This document shows, piece after piece, positions 18,395 through 31,900 of a stretch of 64,000 nt of DNA (position 1 is the stretch's first letter; each line of letters starts with the position of its first letter). The DNA lies in contig JBAZWB010000002.1 of assembly GCA_041660605.1 (NCBI GenBank), positions 170,408-234,407 of the forward strand, read 5' to 3'. The translations under genes were made by a program, and so were the position numbers. The notes below the pieces were generated by a model, which was given only the letters and a program-made list of their open reading frames with translations, was not told the origin of the DNA and ran no database searches. This DNA comes from Patescibacteria group bacterium (GTDB lineage Bacteria > Patescibacteriota > Patescibacteriia > UBA10025 > JAHIVO01).

Positions 18395-19744
18395 TTAATC
18401 GTTCTCTGAAACTAGCTTGCTGTTTTTTATATAATTCTTTGCCCAGGTAAAATTGCCTGTCTCCTGGTCGCCATAAGCTAAGCCTTCATAGCGCACGCCC
18501 ATTAACTGTCCGATTTCCACTCCGACGAGCGCTGAATCATTTTCATCAAACTCAAGTTTTTCCCTCAATAAATACTGCAATAATTCTGAAATTCCCGCCG
18601 GTGAACCAGGGTCGCTTTTAAGCGCGAAAGTAGCGCTATTTATTTCATCAGGTTTATATTGTGAAGCGTACTTTTTTTGTATATACTCCTGCACCGCGGC
18701 GTGCCAGGCCAGGTTATCGCTCAAAGCGGTCGCCAATGATCCCTGCCGAGCCAATATTTTTAAGCAGGCGATAACTTTTATTTTCTCGTTTTGCCGTGAA
18801 GCCTGCGCCAGTTCTCTTTTTACCATTTCTGGCTCGCCCTTGGTGTCGTTAACCAGCTGGTCTTCCAGGTCCAATACAACCTGTCTCTGCAGGCGGTAGT
18901 CCTGATATTTTTTCTTCAATAGTGCCAGAGGGTCTGACTGCCCGACTGGCGCTGATTCCATTACTGATTTATCAATATTTATAACTTGTGACTTGCCGTT
19001 TTTTGGCTTCATTGGTTCAAATGTCTTTTGTTTTGCTATAAGTACAAACCGTCCGTTCTGTAAATCAAAGATATTACCGTCATCATCAATCATGGTCATG
19101 GTATCTTCAATACCTTCCGGCGTTAATGACGGGATGCCTAGTCTCTCAAAAAGATGAAAAAGTTCTTTGAGCTTTTTCTGTTCAGTATAGGGTAGTTTTT
19201 TAAAATTAATATTATCAGAAAAATACTGCGCTTCTTTTAATTTGTCCACGCCCTCTGTCCCTACTTTCCGGAAATAATCGCGAAACCAATTTTTTACCAC
19301 GCTGGGCACCTGTTCATTGTTTATTACCAGAGAACCCGGCACTCTCTGGTTATTACGTAATAATGCCTGGCGCAGGCGCTCCTTAAAAGCATCTCTCTCG
19401 CTAATATAGATCTGCACCAGTCTCCCAATTACAACGTCCATTAAATCAAAATCTTCGGAGCCAAGCGCATCATAAATCCTTTGCTCAAAAAATGATTCTA
19501 CTTCTTTTTCCGAATAAAACTGCAAGCCGGCAAACCGCAGTTTGGATATCCATAATGAATAGCTGCGCTCTAATTCGTTCATCGCTCCCTCCGGTCTGAT
19601 CTGCAGGGTTTTATCGAGAAATTCGGCCAGCTGATAAGTCCGCCGCTCAACAAACCTGACATAATCATAAGCTTCGCTAAAAACCCGCTTGGCGAATTCC
19701 GGCTCCAGAAGCTTTTGCCTGGTTGTATTTTTCAGATCAATCAT
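18395..19744 (-). CDS. hypothetical protein (449 aa)
   Basis: Complete ORF in the same operon-like minus-strand run. No recognisable motif. Confidence 0.5.
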   Translation of the reverse strand: MIDLKNTTRQKLLEPEFAKRVFSEAYDYVRFVERRTYQLAEFLDKTLQIRPEGAMNELERSYSLWISKLRFAGLQFYSEKEVESFFEQRIYDALGSEDFDLMDVVIGRLVQIYISERDAFKERLRQALLRNNQRVPGSLVINNEQVPSVVKNWFRDYFRKVGTEGVDKLKEAQYFSDNINFKKLPYTEQKKLKELFHLFERLGIPSLTPEGIEDTMTMIDDDGNIFDLQNGRFVLIAKQKTFEPMKPKNGKSQVINIDKSVMESAPVGQSDPLALLKKKYQDYRLQRQVVLDLEDQLVNDTKGEPEMVKRELAQASRQNEKIKVIACLKILARQGSLATALSDNLAWHAAVQEYIQKKYASQYKPDEINSATFALKSDPGSPAGISELLQYLLREKLEFDENDSALVGVEIGQLMGVRYEGLAYGDQETGNFTWAKNYIKNSKLVSEND

Positions 19745-19761
19745 AGAGATGCTATTTTAAT

Positions 19762-22700
19762 CTAAGTTGTGGGTTCCCCTGGCTCGCTCTCTGGAGCCGC
19801 TTCTTGCTTCGTCTTACTGGCTTTCTCTTTGGAAACTTTCAGGGTGTCCAGGATCTTGCCCAATACGGCAAATGTCCTGTATTGAGTTTCATTATTGGCA
19901 AAAGTACTGGTGTTTGATCCCTTTTGTATCCCTTCCAGTTTTTCTTTCAGTTCCTTACCTATCTTATCCGGCAGACTGCCTATTACTTCATTCAGCTGCG
20001 TGACGCTTTCAGCTATCATTCTGGAAAAATCATTTAAATTGAGGCCTTCTGACGTGGTGTTCGCAACTTTATCCATTGCTTCTTTTATGCTCTGGGATAA
20101 TTTGTTTATTGATCCATCCGGTAATTTTTCTTTAGTGCTGGCAATTTTTTCCTCTGCGTCTTTTACGCTTCCAGCCATTATATTCTTTGTGTCTGTAGGT
20201 ATTTTTACAGGGACAGCCAGTTCCTTGTCAACTTTTATATTGAAATTTTCAACTACCTTTTTAATTTCCGGCTCTGCATTTTTATAAGCCTCCTCAACGC
20301 CAACGTCGCCCTTATTATCTCGCAAGGTCGCTTTAACTAGTTGCGGAGTTGCCTCCCCTATGCGCTTTCTCAGGGCATTTAAGCGTGGATTGTAATGGCG
20401 CTTCTCTCCATCTTCATCTTCAAAAAGATTGTTTCTGGCATAATCATCCATTTCACGGTCATAATCATCATTCTTTGACCAGCCCATCTGGTCACGGTTA
20501 TCGTTCACCGAATGTAAATTATTCCAATACTTAGACCCCTGCCGGCGCTCCACAGCTTTTAGCACATTTTGTCCCCATTGAACTTCAGCTTTCCTCCTTA
20601 AGTCTTCTTGTTCTTTTTCATTCGGCTCTCTTTTATTGTCTCTATCAAAATCCACAAATTTCTCCTTATAAATTGATTCCGGAGAAATATCCTTGACCTC
20701 ATCCAGGCCCAGTTCGCTGGCGGCTAATTTACCTATTACCCCTTTTAATTTGGCTAACTCTGACTTTTCCAGTTCGGCCGGCTCATGATTGTCATGCTGC
20801 TGCTGCACCTTTTCCGCCCATTCTACCAGCAAATCCAGGTTTTCTATCATGGCATCTTTGAATTCACCCTGATAGTGCTCCAGTTTAGTGCTTAAAAAAT
20901 TCTCCGCATTTTTTTGCAGATTCCATTTCCCTACGTTACTGAGTGACCTGAAAGATAAATTATTATTTTCATCCGCGCGCTCAGTTAAATAGTTTTGGCG
21001 CCGTTGTTTCTGGATAAAACCGCGGCCTTCAAGTTTTGAATTAAAAAAAGCGGATTGTTCCGCGGCCTTATCTTCCCGCCAGTCTTCCGTACCGGCTTTA
21101 GCCCACGAAAGATTGCCCTGCTTATCCATGGCGACTATGCCTTTTAGCCAGGAATCAGACTGATGCAATCCCTGTTCTTCTATTTTTTTTGCGATACGCT
21201 TTGTATCTTTAGAATCGCCAAACATATGCTTCAATAGATTTTGGGCATCCTCCTGTGATACTTTACCGCCGCCATTATTATATTGCGTCATAACATTGGC
21301 AAATTCTCTCCTCTTCAGCACTTCATTAAAGTCATGCGAACCTAGCAGAAGTTCTAAGGAACCTTCTGCTTCCGCTACTTTTGTCGGTAGGACTCTCATA
21401 TCTTTCGATGTTCCAGAGTTGACCATTCTGCTTATAATGACTTCCTGCTCAGTACCGGCAGCCGCTATCTCAGATTTGGCTTTGGCAGCGCGCGCGGCTC
21501 TGGCCTGCGAAACATAATCAGTTTTTTCCCTGCCCTGGCTATACACCCGGAACAAAATATCCTCTGCTACCGCCGGCGCTTCACCGAGACGCTGGGCCTC
21601 AATTCTCTGCTTCCTTGATTTCCAGGCAGTAGGGATGGCCCGGATTTGGATGCCATGTTCCTGGATTTTTTCTAAGCCAATTGCTTTGCCTAATTTAGTA
21701 TTGGCGATAGCGCTCCCCAATCTGGTATTCATAAACCGGCGCTGCAGCCCGGCTTGCGAGTCATCAAGCCTTTTTACGCCCCAACCGCCAGCCGCCGAGG
21801 CCGCACCTTTCATAGCTCCGAGGGGAGCCATAATAGAGGCAGAACCCATTTTCTGTATCCTCTGGCTCATCTTACCGGCAAAAGCACCGGCGATGCCGCC
21901 CAGCGACCCAGCCACTGACAAGGCTATTAAAAACATGCTGACTGCCAGAATAAAGCCCAAAATATTTTCTGAGGAAGAAACGCCGGAGATGCCGGCAGCG
22001 ATAACTCCGCCGCCGCCGGATAAAACCTGACCGGCCGCTTCTTCCGTACTGCCGGGTTTTATGCCCATATTACCATTGCCTACAGTCAAAACTGAAAGTG
22101 CCAGCCAGATAAAAAATGCCAATATCGGGCCAATCGTTACCCATTGTCCGAATTTCTGCCACCATTGGGAAGAGTATGAAGCGGCCTTGCCCGGCAATAC
22201 CGACAGGAGATAAGCCAGCGGCGACAACACGACCAGCACCCATAAAACTATGATGCGAATCAAAAAAACCACTACCATGGCCAGCATAACCATCAGGGCG
22301 ATTACCAGTAGAATTATCGCCAGGAAAGGCACGCCGACAACTTCCATAAACGAAGGGGAGCCAGCCGCATCTACCTGGTCGGGGACCGTGGTATTCAACA
22401 TTTCCCGCAGTTTCAGCACTGAAGTAAAATTTCCCGTGGCCGTATTGGCGAAGGCATTCACGAAAGTCAGCATGACTACCTGCCCCAGGTCAATGAAAAA
22501 CGCTGAAATGGTTTTGGAAAAATTTATCAATACCGCCATAATGATCAGCTTGGCCAGGAGGCGGTTATATTTATAATTTTCAATTTTTAAGATAGTACCG
22601 AAGGCAATAACCAGCAGAACAATAATAAAAAACATGTTGCACAAATCTCTGAGCACTGCCCAGCCTTTGCTTACCGCATCCGCCGTGGCAAAATCGTTGT

Positions 22701-22944
22701 ATTGCACTACTCCGATAAGAATATCAATAACGACGACTAATATCTTGCCCAGTATAGAGGCTATCCATAACAATACAGTGGCCAAGACAGAAGCAACTGA
22801 ATCTATGCCCCAGCTGAAAATACTGGCGTTTGCTTTTAATGGCAAGGCCAGAAATGCAGCCGCTACTCCCGCTACCAATAATAAAACTATCCACGGTTTC
22901 GGGCTGTTAAATATTTTAATTTTCTGCCACGCTTTTTGCAACAT
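19762..22944 (-). CDS. polytopic membrane protein (1060 aa). The N-terminal ~450 aa hold multiple TM helices plus a Gly-rich segment, followed by a large soluble domain
   Basis: Several 20-25-aa hydrophobic stretches are visible. One example is VVGVPFLAIILLVIALMVMLAMVVVFLIRIIVLWVLVVLSPLAYLL. A Gly/Ala/Ser-rich linker follows. The C-terminal domain is homologous to ORF 16674-18374. The overall topology is reminiscent of VirB6/TrbL-like proteins, but no family assignment is possible. Confidence 0.55.
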   Translation of the reverse strand: MLQKAWQKIKIFNSPKPWIVLLLVAGVAAAFLALPLKANASIFSWGIDSVASVLATVLLWIASILGKILVVVIDILIGVVQYNDFATADAVSKGWAVLRDLCNMFFIIVLLVIAFGTILKIENYKYNRLLAKLIIMAVLINFSKTISAFFIDLGQVVMLTFVNAFANTATGNFTSVLKLREMLNTTVPDQVDAAGSPSFMEVVGVPFLAIILLVIALMVMLAMVVVFLIRIIVLWVLVVLSPLAYLLSVLPGKAASYSSQWWQKFGQWVTIGPILAFFIWLALSVLTVGNGNMGIKPGSTEEAAGQVLSGGGGVIAAGISGVSSSENILGFILAVSMFLIALSVAGSLGGIAGAFAGKMSQRIQKMGSASIMAPLGAMKGAASAAGGWGVKRLDDSQAGLQRRFMNTRLGSAIANTKLGKAIGLEKIQEHGIQIRAIPTAWKSRKQRIEAQRLGEAPAVAEDILFRVYSQGREKTDYVSQARAARAAKAKSEIAAAGTEQEVIISRMVNSGTSKDMRVLPTKVAEAEGSLELLLGSHDFNEVLKRREFANVMTQYNNGGGKVSQEDAQNLLKHMFGDSKDTKRIAKKIEEQGLHQSDSWLKGIVAMDKQGNLSWAKAGTEDWREDKAAEQSAFFNSKLEGRGFIQKQRRQNYLTERADENNNLSFRSLSNVGKWNLQKNAENFLSTKLEHYQGEFKDAMIENLDLLVEWAEKVQQQHDNHEPAELEKSELAKLKGVIGKLAASELGLDEVKDISPESIYKEKFVDFDRDNKREPNEKEQEDLRRKAEVQWGQNVLKAVERRQGSKYWNNLHSVNDNRDQMGWSKNDDYDREMDDYARNNLFEDEDGEKRHYNPRLNALRKRIGEATPQLVKATLRDNKGDVGVEEAYKNAEPEIKKVVENFNIKVDKELAVPVKIPTDTKNIMAGSVKDAEEKIASTKEKLPDGSINKLSQSIKEAMDKVANTTSEGLNLNDFSRMIAESVTQLNEVIGSLPDKIGKELKEKLEGIQKGSNTSTFANNETQYRTFAVLGKILDTLKVSKEKASKTKQEAAPESEPGEPTT

Positions 22945-22979
22945 GGGGAATAAATTGCTACTTTTTTAGTAATAGCTTC

Positions 22980-25900
22980 TTAAGTCGGATCGTAAGTTAT
23001 ATAAGTCTGTAAATAATCACAGTCGTCTCCGTCCGCGTTCCACCGGCAATCGCCTGAAACGCAAACTCCCGCCGCAGTCACGCCGCACCAGTCCCAATTA
23101 TCAACAATTTTAATTCTCACGCCAGTACCGTTAGGATCAGCGGGGTTATATGGCGTAAAAGGCTGCGCGAAATTATAAGTATGGGTCAAATAAATTGTAT
23201 TTGAGTCGTACTTGCCCTGGATGATAAAGTTTGAACCGTCGCCCCAGTTGACCTCAATGCGTTTGAGGGGCTTCTGCTCTTTATCAACATTGACATTAAA
23301 TGCCAGGTGAACTTCGCCGGTCCATAACGACAAACTAACCGGATTCAGTGGATCAGGCTCGGCCATAGTCGTTTGCGAACGGCCCACCCTGATGTCGCTG
23401 ACCACCGGCGGCATGCCGCAGTAATCACCGGGATCATCGCCGAGATTATCAGGGCGCGTGGCAACATTGCACACAGGCATATCGTTATACCCAAAGTAAT
23501 GCTTGCCGCTGATGTCATATCCATTTATCCAGTCATCCATAAAAGAACTGCCAACGCCAATTTTAATATACTGCCTTTGCTGGGAATCCCATCCCCAGCC
23601 GGCCACCGGCTTGGCGAACAAACGTTTTATGGTGTTAATGGCATCTGTCCGGGTCCTACCGGAGGCAAAAACACCGGCGCCCTCCAGGACGCATCTATTG
23701 TCCGCGCCAGTACACTGGGCATTTTCCGTACAACGGATTTTAGTATCTTTCAGGCAAAAACCCGAACCTAAGCCAACGCAAATGCCGTCATTGAGATCCA
23801 TATTCCCGTCATTATGCGCTAAGCATTTGCTAGTTAAATCATTTGACGAGCAATCGTTGGTTTCGTCCCAATTGCATCCCCTGTCCCAGCAATTGCCTAC
23901 GCATGAATATGGGCTGCCGGCCCGGGCGTTGTTGCTGGTTAGCGGATTTTCACGCTGCTCAACTGGTATCATAGGCCAGGAAGTCGGATCCAGTTCGTTG
24001 CGGCCTTGCGATGTGCTGGGATTTACAAAAGCGCCAAAAGGTTTGTAGTCCTGCTCATATTGATACTTCAATCCTTCCGGCACGTCTGGCGGCGGAGGAT
24101 TATCCTGAAGTATATAAGTCGAACTGGAACCGGTACGGCTCGACCAGGCTATCGGCTCTTCAGATAAATCAACTGCCTGGGCGATGGCACTGCAGGATTC
24201 CTTCAGATAAAAATTCAAATGAAATGCTCCATACTCATCCTTTCCTGCTGTTGAATCTTCACCAATAGTTCGGATTTCTTTCAATTTGCCGGTATTATTA
24301 TCAAATATTATCTGCAGCCACATGCACTGATACCCAGAATTTTCGTGGCAGGTGTCAATTGGATATAACCGCCATATCCTGTCACTGCCGCTAACCACCC
24401 TGTCCACTCTCCCCGCGGCGGCGCCACTGTCGCATTTTAATGGCGAAGAATTTTTATTACAGGCATAACCAGCCGTGGTCATTGTCTCTGGCGTGAAATA
24501 TCCGCTATATCCGCCCCAGCCAAAACTTGCATTAGTGACCCACTCCAATTCTACCCTGGATATGTCATCTTCGGTAATATTGCTGGTAATTTTAGAATCA
24601 TAATAGCTATTTGTACTGCTCCAATTGCAATCTGCACCAGGAGGATTGCCAGGCCAGATGCTCGGGGGGTATGGCTGACATGCATCGTCGCCGCCGGTTT
24701 GCACTATCCAGGAGTTTGTATATACTGTACTCGCAAATTCATCATCATGCCATTGAGAGGCAGTCAGCGGCTGTATATAATAATTATCACCAGTAGTCGC
24801 TGCAGGAAAAGTGCCCTCGTTCGTGGTAGTTGATAAGGTCATGCTCGGCTTATTGTTTCCCGGCGCTTCCATACAATAATACAAAGGCCGTCGGCCGGAG
24901 TATTGCGTTGTTTTCAGATTGCTGAAAATGTCAGTCTCACCGGAAATCAGGTCAACCGGCCACCAATTCAGGCAGTACTTGGAATTATTGGGATCCGATT
25001 CAATGCAATAGCCATACCAGCCGTTGAAAGTAGTATTATTTTCGTCAGTATAGGTGCAGTATGGCGCTTCAGCGTTCGGATACATGCGGCAGGACCGGGC
25101 CAGGTTGGTCTGCGTATAGCAATAGCCGCTAGGACAGTTATCGTCCGTTTCGCAGTAATTACCGTCATTGGCGCCGCCGATGCACTTGCGCTCCTGCACC
25201 TGCAGGACCGGCTTCATCGATACGTCATCCAAATAAAACTCCAAATCAGTGAACGGGGTCAGCAAAGAATCACGTACATAGATGATGTTCAGGCGGGCAT
25301 TGACAAAATCTTTAGCGTCGTCATTGCCGTCATCATCAACGCCAGCCGTAATCGGACCCAGAGCGAATTTCTGCCATTCCAAAGACGGCTTGATCCTGTC
25401 AAAAGTCATATAAGTTCCGTTTGGCGCGTTTATTTGATTGCCATCATTATCTAAATATTCCAGCTGCACGTAGATATAATCATCCGGCCGAAACACCTGG
25501 TTGGTTTTTATCTTGAAAGAGACCGCGTACTCTTCGCCCTTGAAAACCCTGGTCTGCAGATCATAGGTCGCGCCGGTATAGTTGCCCGCGGCCACCACGT
25601 GCCCAATATTATTCTCATCCAGGTTGGCGTTCGGCGAGGGTATCTGCCCGCTAGCCGCCTCTTCGCCCCAGAGCATTACTGGCGCGGGCAAGGAATTTGG
25701 AGGCAATATGGGATTCTGCCGTGCGGACCACAAACCGATAGACTGGGTGGGGGTTAGTTTGGAGAATTCTATTTCCAGCGGGGCGTCAGCTTGGCCGCTT
25801 TCATCAACCGCGGACAGCACTTTGCTTAATTCCGCGTTTTTGAAATAACTGCTGTCGCCAAAATCCCCATAACTGATTATATCGCCTTGCGGGGAAGTAG

Positions 25901-28900
25901 TGCCGACTTCTTCCATGGCCTGATAAGGGAAGTCACCCTCAGTCAGCTGAGGTTCCGGAGAGCAGGTGCCATTGTCCACGCAATCGCCGCCCGGGCAATC
26001 GCCCCCGACGGTACAAATCTCATCGGCACGAACGCCGCCGCCGCAACGCATGCAATCAGCATCAATATCGCAAACGTAATTCATATTTTTGCTGCAGCGC
26101 TTATCCCAATCCATGCCGGCCAAAACCATGCCGGAATAATTTTTTATCTTATCGGCAAAAGCAGGCGAGGAATAAGTGTCATTCACCCGTTCATACTGGA
26201 CTTCATCGGTACAGACGCCGGTCTGCTCATCCATTTCATCACAGAGTTTCAGCTTCAGGCACAAATCCTGATTCTGCCCGCTTTCATTAGTGGTAATCAA
26301 TTTATCGGCGCACTCCAGCCACTTGTTGCACACCCTGTCCTTCTTCGCCTGAATGACGCTGTTAGAGTCACAATTGGTCTCCAGATATTGCGGCAGAGGA
26401 GGATCGCCTCCGGAAAAAATATAAGCAACTATATAATTTATATCATCCATATCCACATCACCATCATTATCAGCATCTCCCCGCTCAACCGGAGTTATTG
26501 TTCCTGTTCCATTCAGATAAGCACCAATAAGCTGTGGGTCGCCAATATTTATTTCATTATCATTATTGGTGTCGCCCCGCATTATCCTGGAATTTCGCGG
26601 TATAGTGCACAGAGCGGGGGACTCCTCATTTTTCGTTTCAGTAGCGTCGTAATTCAGGGTTGGCACGCTGGTGTCATTGAACATGAGGCAGCCGCTCTTG
26701 CGATCGACTAAATTATTGCAGCTGGATTTATCCACGTTGCCTGACAAATAATAATATGAATTGCAATCATAAGTTAAGACTCCGTCTCCGCCGCCGTCAG
26801 CCAGATAAACATCACAAGGCTTCGGATGGTCAGGATCGGAATAATCCACCGGATTTTCTGGATCGCGGTATTCCGTACAGCCGGTAGCGGTCGCCGGACA
26901 GGCGCCCACCCAGCCAGCCGCCGGCTGAGCTACGATCTTATCGCGCGGTACGCATAAATCAGCGCCAATAGACGGCCAATCATCGCAATCATTGAATTCT
27001 TGATTATTCAGGGCAGTATTGCAGGCCTGTCCTTTATTATGGCCTCCGACGCAGACACCGTTGGTCACCGGGCAATTAGCCGTCCCCTCGGTAGTGCCGC
27101 TCTGATACCAGCCGGCCACGCTCTGACCCGGAACTTTTGTAAAGTTACAAACCGCCTTGCCCGGATCTTTGAAATAATATTTTGCTCCGCTGGATGAAGT
27201 GTACTCATTGCAGCTGCTGTTTTCGTAATAGCACATGGTCTGGCCGTAATTATCCGGCTGATTAGCCAGATATGCGTCACTGAAAGACGAAACGCTGCCA
27301 TCGGCTTCTATGACCGGCTTGCCCAGGCGCTCACAGCCTACGGCGGTAGCGGAACAGCTTTTCTCCGGATCATTAACAACGAATATCATGCTGTCATTGG
27401 CCACGCCGGTTTTTACCTGCCCAGTGATGTAGCGCGGCAATGGAGATGGACCGCCGTTATGCAAAAATTGATAAAGATAGGTGGAATCTTCCTTGCTAAG
27501 ATTTCCGGAATTATTCAAATCAGCTATTTCAGCCGGGTCAGGGCAGCCAACTGCCGAATTAATACAAATATCCAATAAGGTCTGATCAGCATCATCAACA
27601 GTCCCATCTTTATTAATATCACCCCTTAAGAATCTGTTTACATTGGCCACGGTATAATCGGAAGCGCTGGGACCGACAGTATTCTTAGTGTCAATCATCG
27701 CCTCACATCCAACTTTGTCGTCTCGGCAGAGGCGCGTAAATGATTTCAGATAATGGATAGTGTTTGACCTGTCTTTATATTGATCGCAATTTTCATAACC
27801 GGAGCATTCTTTATATGAATCCTTAATCAAATAAGTGTTTTCATACACCTCATTTATTATAATATTATCAATGTAAAAGGCGTTGGTGCCGAAAGCCACC
27901 AGCTGTACAGCGCTTAAATCCGTGCCCGCTGGTACATATACCGGACCCAGATGGAACTGATTCCAATCTTCGGCTCCGGCCACCGCTTGTCCCGGAAAAA
28001 CCAGCGGGGTGGCGGTATTGAGGGTAAAGGTGATTGGCGTGTCCGCCGTAGCCTTGGCCCAGAAGCTGACTTCATAGGATTTATCAGCGGTCATGCCAAG
28101 GGCCGTGCCGACATTAGCTATCGCGCCGTTATTATTTATAAGCATGGAATGCCCGCCGACATTGACGGATTCGTTGCTGTAGGTAACATTGCCGATCCAC
28201 GGAGAGATTGTGCCATTTTCAAAACTTTCGCTATACACCTGGCGCACGTTATCGCCGGCATTTCCTTTATAAGAACGGCAGCCATTCTGACTGGCAGAGC
28301 AGGAAACGCTCTGTTTGGGAATCAAATGATATATCGCGCTCGCGCCGTCGATGGAGTTGCGGTAAGCATTACAATCCGCGGAAGCGAAAATGACGCGCGA
28401 CTTGAGATAATAATATGTCAAACCGTTGTCATCATAAAATTCCGTACAGTCGGGATTTACTCCGACTTCGGCCGCCAGGCAGGTCGCCGCTAGGTGTGAC
28501 TCAAGAAATCCGTCGCCATTATCATCAAAATCCTTGCCATCAACACAATTAGGCCACCTATTTTCCGGAGCGAGAGCGGAATTTTCTGCCATCATATTAG
28601 TACATGGCCCGAATTCTCCGGGATTTGTCAGATCAGGCCAGTTGCTTTGTTTCAGAGAATATTTTTTCAGCTGATAGCCGAATTCATCAGAACCTTCCCA
28701 GGCATAAAACGTCTTAATTGATGCATCGTCTTCCTGCACGCACAGGCGGATATTGCTGTAATATTCCTTGCCTTCTCCGCCCTGGCCTACGGCATCCAGA
28801 TTCGTATATTCTTCGCAGCCCACGGCTGAAGCGTTGCAGCTCTGGCCGGTGGTGGCGATGAAGGAAACCGGATCCCTGGCCGGCCGCTGCGGTACATGTT

Positions 28901-31900
28901 CTATGGGCATCTCGCGATAAGCCCGGCATCCGACAAATTCCGCCGGGCACTGGTCGCAGGAATCAGGATTATTAGGATCGCAATTATTAGGATCAGAAAT
29001 AATGCCGCTGACCTTTTGGTTTGAGGTCAGGGAAGTGTATAATTCGCAGCCAACCTCATTGGCTGAACAAAATAAAGCATACTCGCCGCAGGCCTGATTG
29101 TCGGACTGCGAATTTCCGGTACAAGAAAGGAAATCGGGGGCGATGCGCAAATTAGTTTTTGGGTTGTCCTCATAGGCGATATAATTGCTGGACGCGCCTT
29201 CTTGCACCATTATATCGTCGATGATCACATCGCAGGCGATATCATCTGGCCGGGTAATCAGAGGCACGATTCCCTGCATCATCCAGGCTGAACCCCATTG
29301 TCCGGTCGGTATGCTGGGATAAGTAATAGTATAAACATAACGCCGCCACTCATCCGAAACATTTATTGAGGACGGATGGACCTCTGAATTTGCGGCGTCA
29401 ATCGGGCGCATTAAATCAATGTCTAATTGACCGGCATTTCCCGTACAATCAGGATCATCCGCCGCTCTCTTGGCATACAAAGATAAAGTAAAAGTCCGGT
29501 GATCCGTCAGATATCCCGTGGAGACGATTGTCGGCGAACCGGATGACGTATCGCCTATATAGAGAATCGCAGAGTCGTTAGAGCCTGGGTACATTTTGAT
29601 CCGGGCGGCTGTCGAGCCTTCATACGCGTCTGAAACGGCCACCAGGCTGTCGCCACAGGCCGACCCGGCACAATTCTTATTATAGTTCCAGTCATCAAAT
29701 GAGTCAGGCAAAGCGGTATCTTTAATGCCGTCATCACCGGCTACGCCTTTGCCAAATTGTTCAAGTCCGCCATTATAAATCAAATTCGCTCCAGCGCCGT
29801 ACTGCCGGATCAGCTGAGTGCATCCTTCTGATGAGGCATCGCAGGCCGTAATGCTATTATTAAAACTGATTTTACCGCCGGTGCCCAGCATAGTCGGAGG
29901 TTCGCCGGTGCAGTTCCATTTTCCGGTGGCGGCATTCCAGTCCTGGCAGTACCAGCTGCAGCCGACATTTGAAGAATTGCAGCCGTCTGTGTTGGTGGTG
30001 CTGGTCAGATAAGCTACCTCATCGCCGGTGCTGTTGGCCAGGGACTGGCAGCTGTTATACTGGGATTCGCAAGACTCGCTGTTAAATTTCCAGATCGGCT
30101 TTTCCTCCACGCAGTAACCGAACTTTTTGCAGGTGCCGTCGTCATTCTCCGCCAGGCACATCTGTTCGTCAGCGCAGTAATTATCCTGGCGCTGCACCAT
30201 ATTATTGGCCACGTCCTTCAGATCTACGGTACCGTCTCCGTTTGTATCTTCGCTCCTGATCGCCTGCGTTGATACCACCTTTTCTCCCGATCCTTCGCGC
30301 TTACAGAAAATTTCCGGGGATTTCAGCACCCAGTTCGGATCCACCAACCGGTAGAACGGTGAGATAGGATTATCGTATTCAGCGATTAGATCACTAAGCG
30401 TATAGTCCTGTTTGGCATAATCGCGGATATATTTCGCGGCTAGTTCCCAGCCTACAGGAATAATCCGATATTTGCGTAAAATTACCAGACTTCTGTATGG
30501 ATAGCCGTTATAATACTCCGGCTGGGTGCCGTCGGAATAAAATCCAAAAATTTTATTACTATCATCTTTGGCATCCAATAATCCCTGGTCAATCGCCTGC
30601 TGTACTGTCAGTTCCTGCTCAATGGCCGTCTGAAGGCGGTTATCAATCACGCAGGTATCAGGCGTGGAGTTCTCCGTGTCCGGACAGCTGGCCAGAGTTG
30701 GCAGCACTTCCTCTGCTCCGCCGGTGGAATATTCAGTCTTTTGCAAATCAGAAAAAAGCAGCTTCGCGGCAGTAATCCCAGGCGAAGTTCCGCCAAAGAT
30801 ATCGGCAAATAAGCTGGTGGATGATTTTGTCCCGCCTTTTGAGGCAAAAGGATTCCAGCCCTGGTTAATGAGACGATCCAGAAGTTTACTGGCTAAAGTA
30901 TTAGTAAAAGTACCAACCGCGTCGGCGACCATTGATCCTGTTTGTACTAACGATTGGCTGATAGATTGATTGAACAAAACTCCCTGCGCCTGCTCGATAA
31001 ATTTAGCCGGTGTTTTATTTTCTTTGGTGACCGCGGTAGTGGCCGGCTCCATCTCTCCGGACAACGACTGCGTGAATTTTTTATTATCTTCCGCTTTAGC
31101 CGCTTCCTCGTCCGCTTTGCGCACTATTTCCAGATAAGCACCGATCTCCGTCGCTTCAGGATTGAAACTCTTGGAAAATTCGAAAAGGCGCTGCTTGGAA
31201 GTGGCATTTACATTATCAATTATTTCAGAGAGGGTGCATTTGGCGGAAACGTCCTGCGGTCCGCCAAAAGTTGCTTCCCTGGCCCAGGTCTGCAGTTTGA
31301 TCTTAGTGGTAATATCTTGTGGTTCGCACAGACTGAAATCCTTGATGCACTGCGGCGCACCGGTTCGCGGAGCGAACTCATAATTTTTATATTTTTCCGG
31401 TACCTGTCCTGACCCCTCCCATGAAGGGCAAGACTGATTTTTTCCGCATTCGAGCAAGATACAGCCGCGTGAGATACAAAACTGTTTGGCTTCCACGCTA
31501 CTGTCACATTCAGTAAAACAAGCACCCGATCCTTGTCCGAAGGCACAAGGAGAAGACGGAATGGCATTTTTTGGACAGAGCAACAGCGGCGCATAGCTCT
31601 TGCAGTCATTATCACTACCGCAAGATTGATAGTTATGACCCTGGCAGGTACCACTGGACCAGGAATTTGCCATACTATCCAGGAAATCGCCAGCTGCGGC
31701 ATCGGCGGTTTGTTTCAATAAAGTGGAAGGATTAGTGACAAAAAGCGGTTTCTGGCCTGGTTTGCCAGTGGCGATTTTTACCGCATAGTTATAAGCTAAA
31801 TTATTTAAGTAGTTCTTTAATATGTTTTTAAAAGCGACATCTGAGGCTGTCTTTATAGCCTTAGACACGGCTTCCATCAGCTTGGCGGCGGGATTAGCCA

